Assembly: GCA_030682405.1 (NCBI GenBank)
Contig: JAUXOF010000082.1
Span: 1,211 to 65,210, forward strand
DNA: 64,000 bases
Direction: 5' to 3'
DNA from: Thermodesulfovibrionales bacterium
Lineage (GTDB): Bacteria > Nitrospirota > Thermodesulfovibrionia > Thermodesulfovibrionales > JdFR-86
The notes under the pieces are model-generated. The model was not told the DNA's origin and searched no databases. It was given only the letters and a program-made list of their open reading frames with translations. Below are positions 50,974 to 58,701 of the stretch, in pieces; position 1 is the stretch's first letter, and each line of letters opens with the position of its first letter. The translations under genes and the position numbers were made by a program.

Positions 50974-51237
50974 TTATTTTTCGTCGCTACAGAACCATCC
51001 GACAGGGATGCCTTTTGAGCGGCGGCGCTCGACACCGACGCTCTGGTCAGACGCCCTCCTGTCTATGAGAATCTTTGCGTTTGAAAACTCGCCGCCCAGA
51101 GAGAGCATCTTGGGGTTTATTATTAATACCTTCTGCCGGTTGCAGTGCGGGCATCCCTCTATATTCCTGTGGGCCGAATAAGACATTCTACCGCATCCGT
51201 TGCAATGGAACGTTTCCAAAATAAATTCCCTCCTCAA
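50974..51237 (-). CDS. Small zinc-ribbon protein
   Basis: CNGCG...CPHCN. TTG start. An alternative TTG at 51222 has a better RBS (GAGGAGG). Confidence 0.35.
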   Translation of the reverse strand: MRREFILETFHCNGCGRMSYSAHRNIEGCPHCNRQKVLIINPKMLSLGGEFSNAKILIDRRASDQSVGVERRRSKGIPVGWFCSDEK

Positions 51238-51290
51238 GCCGAAGTGAAGGCAGGGGAGAACCCCCTGCCTTCGGAAAATTTCAACAGCTA

Positions 51291-51668
51291 TCAGTAGCCG
51301 CCTGCATCTTTCTTAGGAGACGTAGGAGCCGCATCTTTCTTATGACACTTTGCGCAATTTGCCGCATCCTGGTCAAATGCCTTTTTGCCGTCATGACATA
51401 TGCCGCAAAACTCTCCTGCCACATGCTCGCCACCCTTCATCGGTGCCTTCATCTTTTCTTTATGCGGTGACATTGGGCCGAATGTCTTCGGATGGCAGTC
51501 AGGACACTTACCTGCCTTCTGATGGGTTGTGCCGTCAAAAATAACTTTTCCCTGAGTCCCCCCGGTATACTCAACGGTTTTCTTGGTACCTACTGCCATA
51601 GCGCTCCCGACAAACGCAATAGCGATGATAACTGCTAATATCACTGTCATTTTCCTCATGTTGTTCAC
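51291..51668 (-). CDS. Triheme c-type cytochrome (c7/c3 family)
   Basis: Signal peptide. Three CxxCH motifs (CPDCH, CGICH, CAKCH). Confidence 0.8.
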   Translation of the reverse strand: MNNMRKMTVILAVIIAIAFVGSAMAVGTKKTVEYTGGTQGKVIFDGTTHQKAGKCPDCHPKTFGPMSPHKEKMKAPMKGGEHVAGEFCGICHDGKKAFDQDAANCAKCHKKDAAPTSPKKDAGGY

Positions 51669-51680
51669 CTCCTTTCAATT

Positions 51681-51723
51681 ATCGGACTTAGATATCTATC
51701 GGACTTAGATATCGGACTTAAAC
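51681..51723. repeat. Three direct copies of ATCGGACTTA in the cytochrome gene leader/promoter
   Basis: ATCGGACTTAGAT at 51681 and 51698, ATCGGACTTAAAC at 51711. Begins 13 nt upstream of the cytochrome start codon. Confidence 0.8.
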
Positions 51724-51806
51724 CCCTATTTATAGCAAAACTAACCCCAAATATTAGTCTAATATCCGAACCTCTGTCAAGTGCCCCCCCCCTATTTTGT
51801 CCCCCC

Positions 51807-53003
51807 CTATTTCCCACTTCTGCTGCCAAGGTAGAGTTCATACTCAAGCAGCCTGCACTCTATGTTGGAGTTGAAAAACGGGATTCTCCTTTTTGCCCTC
51901 AGACCCACCTTTTTGGCCAGTTCGGGGTTGCCGGTGAATATATATCCTGAATAGCCCATGCACTTGTGCTTGAAAAAATCACCTATGCCCTTATAAGTCT
52001 CCTCAAGCTCCTTTATCCTACCCATTCTCATGCCGTACTCCGGGTTAAGCATTATAACCCCCTTGTTTTCGCCCTCTCCGGCATCAGGCACAGGGGTATC
52101 CTGATAATCGCATACGGCAAACTCAATCAGGCGCTCAATGCCTGCTGTTTTGGCATTCTGCTTTGAGGCGGAGACTGCCTCAGGGTTTATGTCCGTTGCG
52201 ATGATTCTCCCCTTGAATGTCTTTTCCGAGGCCTTTTTTGCCTCTGTCCTCAATCCCTCCCACAGTCCCCTGTCAAACCCCTTGAGGTGCATGAAGCCGA
52301 AGTTGCTCCTCAGAAGCCCCGGGGCTTTTTTAAGGGCCAAAAGAGCGGCCTCTATGGCAAGCGTCCCGCTTCCGCACATGGGATTTATAAAGTGGGGATT
52401 TCTAAAGTGCGGGTTCAGGAAGTTTCCGCTCCCTTCAAAGCCGCTTGCCATGACGAGCGCTGCCGCAAGCGTCTCCTGCATTGGCGCTTCACCGGGAATT
52501 TTTCTATAGCCCCGCTTGGACAGAGGCTCGCCAGAGGTGTCAAGATATATCGAGCACCGGGAGCCCTTCCAGTAAAGAAATACCACAGTCCTGTCCCTCA
52601 GCGGGCCGGAGTCCGGACGCCTCCCGCGCTTGTCCCTGATGCGGTCCACTATAGCGTCCTTGCATCTGAGGTTTGCAAACCGGGAATCCGAAATAGAGGG
52701 GTTTTCAACATGAGCGGTCACGCACAGATAGCCGTCCTCAGGGATGTAATCCTCCCAGTTAATCTTGACAAGCCCTGAGTAAAGCCCTTCGGCGTCCTCT
52801 GAGCGGAAGTCCTCAAGGAGCAAAAGCACGCGGTGGCCCGTGCGTAAAAAGAGATTAAGCCTCATCGCGTCCCCCAAAGAGCCTTCGGTCTGAACCCCTG
52901 AGACGCTCTCTTCTATTACAGGGAGGCCGAGGCCGGCAACCTCGTCTTTTAAATAAGGGGCAAGCCCCTTGGGGCAGGTAATCAGTATTGCGCTTTTTTT
53001 CAT
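51807..53003 (-). CDS. THUMP-domain class I SAM-dependent RNA methyltransferase (RlmL/YpsC-like)
   Basis: THUMP-like N-terminal half. SAM motif DPMCGSGT-like (NPMCGSGTLAIEA). NPEYG catalytic motif. Start set at 53003 (RBS GAGGGA). Confidence 0.8.
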   Translation of the reverse strand: MKKSAILITCPKGLAPYLKDEVAGLGLPVIEESVSGVQTEGSLGDAMRLNLFLRTGHRVLLLLEDFRSEDAEGLYSGLVKINWEDYIPEDGYLCVTAHVENPSISDSRFANLRCKDAIVDRIRDKRGRRPDSGPLRDRTVVFLYWKGSRCSIYLDTSGEPLSKRGYRKIPGEAPMQETLAAALVMASGFEGSGNFLNPHFRNPHFINPMCGSGTLAIEAALLALKKAPGLLRSNFGFMHLKGFDRGLWEGLRTEAKKASEKTFKGRIIATDINPEAVSASKQNAKTAGIERLIEFAVCDYQDTPVPDAGEGENKGVIMLNPEYGMRMGRIKELEETYKGIGDFFKHKCMGYSGYIFTGNPELAKKVGLRAKRRIPFFNSNIECRLLEYELYLGSRSGK

Positions 53004-53408
53004 GTCAGCATCCCTCATTGAACCGGCACCCCTTTTAGATAACCTTTCATCCATTTTTCTGCTGCGCTTTTTACCCTCCTTGCTTTATAAAACAGGGGGA
53101 GGGGGGGTATGGCCAAGTGGTTGATTTTTAAGGAAACCATGTCCAGAAATGGTTTAAATGTAAAGCATTTGTAAAGCATTTCCATCCTGCCTTCCTCCAT
53201 TCCCGTGTCATTCCCGCCCTATGGGTCGGAGCCAACGGGTCATAGACTTGTCGGGAATCCTTCTTTTTCTACCTCTGCGGTTAATATATTACAGGGGGAC
53301 TGAACTGGTCAACCCGAACCGGTTCGGTCAAACGAGGACAGTGCCGCCCTCTTAAGGGCCGAGAGGAAGTTCAGGCCTGCCTGTGCGGGCAAGCCGCACG
53401 CAGACAGG

Positions 53409-53475
53409 CTTCAACGAAAAAAAAGAGACAACATCGATGGCGTGGATGGGAAGAATGGATATTTGATATACTTAA
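53409..53475 (+). mobile_element. Short degenerate remnant similar to the IS30-like transposase 3' fragment at 55381-55414 (inverted)
   Basis: CTTCAACGAAAAAAAAGAGACAACATCGATGGCGTGG versus the reverse complement CTTCAACGAAAGGAAGGGACAACATCGTGGCAATGG, aligned by eye. Confidence 0.35.
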
Positions 53476-53492
53476 GTCATAGAGGATTGTAA

Positions 53493-53783
53493 TTGAAATT
53501 CGAGTGGGACACAGAAAAGGAAAAGACAAACAGGAAAAAACACGGGGTAGCCTTTCAAGAGGCTTGTTATGTGTTTGCCGATAAATTCATGTTGACACTT
53601 TATGACGAAAGACATTCGGATGCTGAGGACAGGTGGATTACTATCGGACAGTCATTGAATAATAGAGTAATAGTGGTAATCCATACCCACAGGAAAACAA
53701 ACGATAAAGACGCCGTAAGGATAATATCGGCAAGGAAGGCCACAAAACATGAAGAAAAACAATACCTCAAAAGGAGGGGCTGA
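53493..53783 (+). CDS. brnT: BrnT-family (DUF497) toxin
   Basis: MKFEWDTEKEKTNRKKHGVAFQEA...RIISARKAT. Confidence 0.8.
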   Translation: MKFEWDTEKEKTNRKKHGVAFQEACYVFADKFMLTLYDERHSDAEDRWITIGQSLNNRVIVVIHTHRKTNDKDAVRIISARKATKHEEKQYLKRRG

Positions 53784-53787
53784 GACC

Positions 53788-53991
53788 ATGAAGAAAGAGT
53801 ATGACTTTTCGAAGGGCGAACAAGGCAAGTTCTATAGACCGATTGAAAAACTGGATATCCCCGTATATCTTGACAAGGAGGTCAAGGAATTTTTCGGCAA
53901 GACGGCATCAAGGAAGAAGATGGGGATAGATAAGGTCGTTAACACCATCCTGCGTAAAGAGATGGAAATGCTTAAAGCCCTTGGAGTTTAA
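53788..53991 (+). CDS. brnA: BrnA-like antitoxin
   Basis: MKKEYDFSKGEQGKFY. Start at 53788 after AGGAGG. Directly downstream of brnT. Confidence 0.7.
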   Translation: MKKEYDFSKGEQGKFYRPIEKLDIPVYLDKEVKEFFGKTASRKKMGIDKVVNTILRKEMEMLKALGV

Positions 53992-54035
53992 ACGGTTCAT
54001 GCCCTAACAGCTTTTAATAAGCCCGATGTCCTTGA

Positions 54036-54297
54036 TGTCTGAGCGGCAAAAGGGATGAAGTGTTGGGAGAGGAGTTTATAAAGAAAATGGGGAAGAAGCT
54101 CGGGAGGCGGTTTATACTGGAGTCGCAAGCAACAGGCACGGGCGGAGGTGCTGTTTACAATAGAGACCGTGCTTGATGAAATGCTGCCTGACCCACCATA
54201 TAGCAAGGAAGCGTACGAAGAGAAATGCAATGTTATCTACCAACACATTTATGATTCGTACGATGGTGGGGCAGGGAAAAGTGGTTATGCTCATTAG
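54036..54297 (+). pseudogene. Frameshifted C-terminal remnant of a type I restriction enzyme R subunit (HsdR, DUF3387-like tail)
   Basis: Two frames read EVLGEEFIKKMGKKLG... then ...LYWSRKQQARAEVLFTIETVLDEMLPDPPYSKEAYEEKCNVIYQHIYDSY. No upstream helicase or nuclease part is present. Confidence 0.45.
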
Positions 54298-54305
54298 GCG
54301 GGATA

Positions 54306-55247
54306 ATGAACCCTAAAGTTTTTATAAGCCACGCCAGTGAAGATAAACAAAGATTTGTCCTCGATTTTGCTACCAAGCTACGCTCTAAAGGAATAGATGC
54401 CTGGATAGATAGATGGGAGATGCTTCCTGGTGATAGTCTCGTAGATAAGGTATTTGAAGAAGGCATTAAAAATGCTCAGGCTGTAATAGTAGTGCTCTCA
54501 AAGAATAGTGTTAATAAGAAATGGGTTCGTGAAGAATTAAACGCAAGCATGGTTAAAAGGATTAATAAAGGAAGTAAGCTTATCCCTGTGGTTATAGACG
54601 ATTGTGAAGTTCCTGAGTGCCTGGAATCAACTGTATGGGAAAAAATAGACGATTTAAATAATTATGCAACTGAACTGAATCGAATAGTGATGTCAATATA
54701 TGGGCAGACCGAAAAACCGCCCTTGGGTAACCCTCCTGCATATACCGAAACCATAATTGATACTCTGCCAAATCTTACCAATATAGATAACATAATTCTT
54801 AAACATGCTTGTGAAAAGGCAGTTGAAAGTGGTATGCCATCTATTGAGACCGAAAGTATTTTAGGTGATATAAAATCACAGGACATACCAGAAGATGAAC
54901 TTATAGTTTCGCTCGAAGTGCTAGACAAAAATGGATACATCGAAATTCACGGAGATTCGGGAGGTGGAATACCATACTTTAACATCTCGCTATACGGATT
55001 TTATGAATATGCAAAAAAGTATATCCCCGATTACAACAAAATTGTTGATTCAGTTGCCTTCCAAATTGTTAATCTGAACATGGAGGATAATAAATCTATT
55101 TCAGCATCTTTAAATCAACCTCAAATGATTGTTGACCATATCTTAGATTTACTGGAAAGTAAAGGCTATATTACTCTTGCTAAAACCTTTGGATTAACTC
55201 ATATAGTTAGAGTTTTTCCAACTTTAGAACGCATATTGAAAGAATAA
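54306..55247 (+). CDS. TIR-domain protein with uncharacterised C-terminal half
   Basis: N-terminal TIR pattern KVFISHASEDKQRFV...GIDAWIDRWEMLPGDSL...AVIVVLSKNSVNKKWVREEL. AT-rich. C-terminal half has two similar segments (LDKNGYIEI..., LESKGYITL...). Confidence 0.85.
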   Translation: MNPKVFISHASEDKQRFVLDFATKLRSKGIDAWIDRWEMLPGDSLVDKVFEEGIKNAQAVIVVLSKNSVNKKWVREELNASMVKRINKGSKLIPVVIDDCEVPECLESTVWEKIDDLNNYATELNRIVMSIYGQTEKPPLGNPPAYTETIIDTLPNLTNIDNIILKHACEKAVESGMPSIETESILGDIKSQDIPEDELIVSLEVLDKNGYIEIHGDSGGGIPYFNISLYGFYEYAKKYIPDYNKIVDSVAFQIVNLNMEDNKSISASLNQPQMIVDHILDLLESKGYITLAKTFGLTHIVRVFPTLERILKE

Positions 55248-55308
55248 AATACATAACTAAATAAAACATCCTACATTTAACCTCGAAGTGCAACAGCAAC
55301 GACTTCTC

Positions 55309-55437
55309 TACGAGCCTTCGGCAATGGGCGTTTTTCTGCCTAGGCATTTTCTGGGCCTTGTGTTAATCAATGATTCCACCATTGCCACGATGTTGTCCCT
55401 TCCTTTCGTTGAAGTAGGAAGGACTCCGGTTGCATTA
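55309..55437 (-). pseudogene. C-terminal remnant of an IS30-family transposase
   Basis: Hand translation NATGVLPTSTKGRDNIVAMVESLINTRPRKCLGRKTPIAEGS*. LNxRPRKxLGxKTP is the IS30-family C-terminal hallmark. No catalytic domain upstream. The end overlaps dispersed repeat copy C (55306-55323). Confidence 0.5.
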
Positions 55438-55614
55438 TACTAAGCCTCCTCCTCCTTTCTGTCAAGATTTTTCTGCCCTAAGGCAACAAGGAGTTTCGGG
55501 ATTTCCCGATAAAGCTCAGGATAAAGCATCCTCTACGTCATGAAATCACCCCTACAGGCAGGCGCGGGTTTAGAGGGCAGGAGAAAAAAGGGGGCTTGTG
55601 TTAAATTATTGCCA

Positions 55615-56631
55615 GTGAAAAAAAAGATAGCCATAACAATGGGAGACCCCGGAGGAATCGGCCCTGAGGTAGTAATCAAGGCCGTTGCCTCGGCAGGGGT
55701 GCAGGATGTCTCTATCCCGATTGTGATAGGCAGCCTTGCCGTCATGGAGGAGGCAATGAGGCTGCTTAAGCCCCCCCTGACCATTAGGACAATAGAGTCT
55801 CCGCTCCGGTTGAGGCACAGGCCGGGGGTTATCGATCTGATAGACGTAGGAGGGCATGAGGGGGTTAAAAGGGGAATGCCCTCTGCCGAAGGGGGGCAGG
55901 CGTCCTTTTCATTCATCAAGAAAGCGGTAGAACTTGCCCTATCCAAAGAGGTGGATGCCGTATGCACCGCTCCCATATCAAAGGAGTCGTTAAGGCTTGC
56001 GGGTCTTCCATGGCCCGGGCATACGGAGATGCTTGCCGAGCTTACTCTAACGAAAGACTATGCCATGATGCTTGCAGGCGGAGGGCTGAGGGTGATACTT
56101 GCAACAATACACACGGCCCTAAGAGACGTCCCAGTGATGATAACAAAGGAGAGGGTCTTAAAGACCATTCTTATGGCAGGCACGGCATGCAGGATGCTTA
56201 ACCTCCAAAACCCGGTGATAGCGGTTGCAGGGCTTAACCCCCATGCAGGCGAGGCAGGGATGTTCGGCAGCGAAGAGGCCGGCGCAATAGCGCCTGCGGT
56301 AGAGGAGGCAAGGGGCATGGGGATTGACGCACGCGGCCCTTATCCGCCTGATACGGTTTTTTTCAGGGCACTGAAAGGCGAATTCGCCATGGTTGTTTGC
56401 ATGTACCACGACCAAGGGCTAATCCCGCTTAAGCTCCTTGCCTTTGACAAGGGCGTCAACGTAACAGTAGGGCTTCCGATAATCCGCACATCCCCAGACC
56501 ACGGAACTGCATACGACATAGCATGGAAGGGACTGGCAAACCCCTCAAGCATGATTGAGGCCATAAAGCTCGCCTCAGGGTTACGAACCCCGCGGCAAGA
56601 TAGCTGCCCCTATTTTTTCTTGTTGATGTAG
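55615..56631 (+). CDS. pdxA: 4-hydroxythreonine-4-phosphate dehydrogenase
   Basis: KKIAITMGDPGGIGPEV, GHTEMLA, NPHAGE, SPDHGTA motifs. GTG start at 55615 inferred. Confidence 0.85.
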   Translation: MKKKIAITMGDPGGIGPEVVIKAVASAGVQDVSIPIVIGSLAVMEEAMRLLKPPLTIRTIESPLRLRHRPGVIDLIDVGGHEGVKRGMPSAEGGQASFSFIKKAVELALSKEVDAVCTAPISKESLRLAGLPWPGHTEMLAELTLTKDYAMMLAGGGLRVILATIHTALRDVPVMITKERVLKTILMAGTACRMLNLQNPVIAVAGLNPHAGEAGMFGSEEAGAIAPAVEEARGMGIDARGPYPPDTVFFRALKGEFAMVVCMYHDQGLIPLKLLAFDKGVNVTVGLPIIRTSPDHGTAYDIAWKGLANPSSMIEAIKLASGLRTPRQDSCPYFFLLM

Positions 56632-58139
56632 AACTGCTGGGCTATGGAGAGGATGTTGTTTACGAGCCAGTAGAGCACAAGGCCCGATGCAAAGCTCAGA
56701 AACATGAATGTAAATATCACAGGCATGAACATCATGAGCTTCTGCTGCTTTGGGTCTCCTGTTGAGGGCGTCATCTTCTGCTGCAGAACCATGGTTATGC
56801 CCATCACAATGGGAAGCACATAGTAAGGGTCTTTCTGCGAAAGGTCGGTAACCCACAGCATGAAGGGCGCGCCCCTCAGCTCTATGGATATCAAAAGCAC
56901 TTTATAAAGGGCAAAGAACACGGGTATCTGAAGGAGCATGGGGAGGCAGCCGCCCATGGGGTTTACCTTGTGCTTTTTGTAAAGCCCCGCCATCTCGGCC
57001 TGCATCTTCTGCGGGTCTTTTTTATACTTTTCCTTTATCTCCTGCATGCGGGGCTGAAGCTCCTGAAGCCTCTTCATCGCCCTCTGCCCCTTGTTCACAA
57101 TAGGGATGAAAGGGATTCTTATCACTATTGTAAGGATGACTATGGCCCATCCCCAGTTTCCGACGAACCTGTGGAGGAACTTAAGAAACCAAAAGAGAGG
57201 CCGCGCAATTATCGAGAAGAACCCGAAATCCACAATGTGCTCAAGCCCCGCCCCGAGTTCGCTGAGCTTGTCGTGCTCCTTTGGGCCGGCGTATATCAGG
57301 AAGCTGTTGTCCGCGCGGCCGTCCTTGAGGCTGCTGTTAAGAGTGACTACTTCGGCGCCTCCGGAGACCCACGCCCTCGCCTCTTCCATCGGCGTCTGCG
57401 GGGCTATCGCGGCAAAGAAGTACTTGTCCTCCTGCGCAATCCATTTGAGCGCGCCTGTGAAGGTCTTTGCCTCCTTGAGCTTTTTTGCCGTAAGCTCCGT
57501 CCTGTTGGTGTCCGCAAGAATTACAGGGCCTGAGTGAGTGCCTACTTCCTCCTCCTTTGAGGAAAGCCCGAAGCCTGTGCCGAGGGTTATGGCATATGCT
57601 GGGAAGCCCGCAACCTCGTCCCTGAGGTCGAATTTGTAATTGCCGCCGTAAAACGTGTATGTCCTTCTGATGGAATACCGCTCTCCCGCGTAATCAAAGA
57701 CCAGCGTGCCGGTTTGCCCGTCCGAAAGGTTCATGTTCCTGCCCATGAGACTGAAGTTCTCCCCTGAGACGGAGAAATCGTCCCTTGAGCCTATGCCGAG
57801 CGCGGGATATGCCCCGCCTTCGGCAAGGAGACTTATCATCAGGCCGTTCTTGTCAGCGTATTTTTTAAGCTGGAAGGACTTCAGCGTCCCGCCTTTTGAG
57901 GTGAACACTGCCGCGTATAAGTCAGTCTCCACCTTTACGAACTGCTCCCCAAGCGCGGGGGGAACCGGCATTACAGGCTTGACAGGCTCTGCCCCGACGG
58001 GCGGCCCGGCCTCTGTGGGCGCAGTTGCATTTACCCCGGCAGGCGCCTTCTGGGGCGGCACAGGCTTTACAAAGAAATACTGGTAACCCATCAGTATCGC
58101 AATGGAAAGGACGATCGCTATTATTGTTCTTTTTTCCAT
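56610..58139 (-). CDS. yidC: Membrane protein insertase YidC
   Basis: 509 aa. Periplasmic P1 domain plus the conserved 5-TM core (GWAIVILTIVIR, GGCLPMLLQIPVFFALY). Confidence 0.95.
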   Translation of the reverse strand: MEKRTIIAIVLSIAILMGYQYFFVKPVPPQKAPAGVNATAPTEAGPPVGAEPVKPVMPVPPALGEQFVKVETDLYAAVFTSKGGTLKSFQLKKYADKNGLMISLLAEGGAYPALGIGSRDDFSVSGENFSLMGRNMNLSDGQTGTLVFDYAGERYSIRRTYTFYGGNYKFDLRDEVAGFPAYAITLGTGFGLSSKEEEVGTHSGPVILADTNRTELTAKKLKEAKTFTGALKWIAQEDKYFFAAIAPQTPMEEARAWVSGGAEVVTLNSSLKDGRADNSFLIYAGPKEHDKLSELGAGLEHIVDFGFFSIIARPLFWFLKFLHRFVGNWGWAIVILTIVIRIPFIPIVNKGQRAMKRLQELQPRMQEIKEKYKKDPQKMQAEMAGLYKKHKVNPMGGCLPMLLQIPVFFALYKVLLISIELRGAPFMLWVTDLSQKDPYYVLPIVMGITMVLQQKMTPSTGDPKQQKLMMFMPVIFTFMFLSFASGLVLYWLVNNILSIAQQFYINKKK

Positions 58140-58163
58140 TATCCTGCCCTGTTCATCTCACGA

Positions 58164-58385
58164 TTATTTTACCGGGTCGTACCCGCCCGGATGGAAGGGA
58201 TGGCACTTAAAAACCCTTTTTGCCGAGAGTAACAGGCCCTTGACAGCGCCGTACTTCTGGAGGGCCTCTTTGGAGTAGGCGGAGCAGGAAGGTTGAAACC
58301 TGCACGAAGAGGGTAGAAAAGGCGACACCGCGGCCCTATATACGTCTATGGCAAGGACTATTATCTTTTTGATTACAAACCCCAT
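58164..58385 (-). CDS. yidD: Membrane protein insertion efficiency factor YidD
   Basis: [19 protein letters not shown] signature. Confidence 0.9.
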   Translation of the reverse strand: MGFVIKKIIVLAIDVYRAAVSPFLPSSCRFQPSCSAYSKEALQKYGAVKGLLLSAKRVFKCHPFHPGGYDPVK

Positions 58386-58409
58386 AGACTCCGGAGAACG
58401 CAGTCTCCG

Positions 58410-58550
58410 TCAAACGGCAAGCCTTTTCCGGCCCTTTGCCCTTCTCCTTTGAAGCACCCTGCGACCGCCCTTTGAGCTCATCCTTTCGAGAAAGCCGTGG
58501 GACCGCCTGCGTTTTATCTTATGAGGGTGGTATGTTGTGTAAGTTCCCAT
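58410..58550 (-). CDS. rpmH: 50S ribosomal protein L34 (below ORF-track cutoff)
   Basis: Hand translation [46 protein letters not shown]. Confidence 0.9.
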   Translation of the reverse strand: MGTYTTYHPHKIKRRRSHGFLERMSSKGGRRVLQRRRAKGRKRLAV

Positions 58551-58701
58551 AACTTATTAATATAATCTTCCTTGCCGATAAAGTCAAGGTTTTGGAGTTT
58601 CCCAAAAATAGCGATAGAAATCTTCTTGTCCGGACCCGCGGAGTATGTGTATAATGGCACATCCCTAAAATTGCCATTGCCAAAAAGAAGGAGGACATAA
58701 G

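Noticed and set aside
52385-52425. Imperfect in-frame 15-nt duplication in the THUMP methyltransferase (NPHFRNPHFINP), just before the SAM-binding motif.
   Set aside because: It is probably simple replication slippage in a loop. There is no evidence of function, and it may be a strain-specific indel.
53290-53445. Possible structured RNA gene. GAGAGGAAGTTCAGGCC resembles the RNase P RNA P4 strand GAGGAAAGTCCGGGC, and a long GNRA-capped hairpin (CCTGCCTGTGCGG-GCAA-CCGCACGCAGACAGG) follows it.
   Set aside because: No other universally conserved RNase P RNA block (for example ACAGAACCCGGCTTA) is present, and no SRP or tmRNA signature either. The element order and available length do not fit. The 3' part instead aligns with an IS30-like remnant. 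An Infernal scan would be needed to revive this idea.
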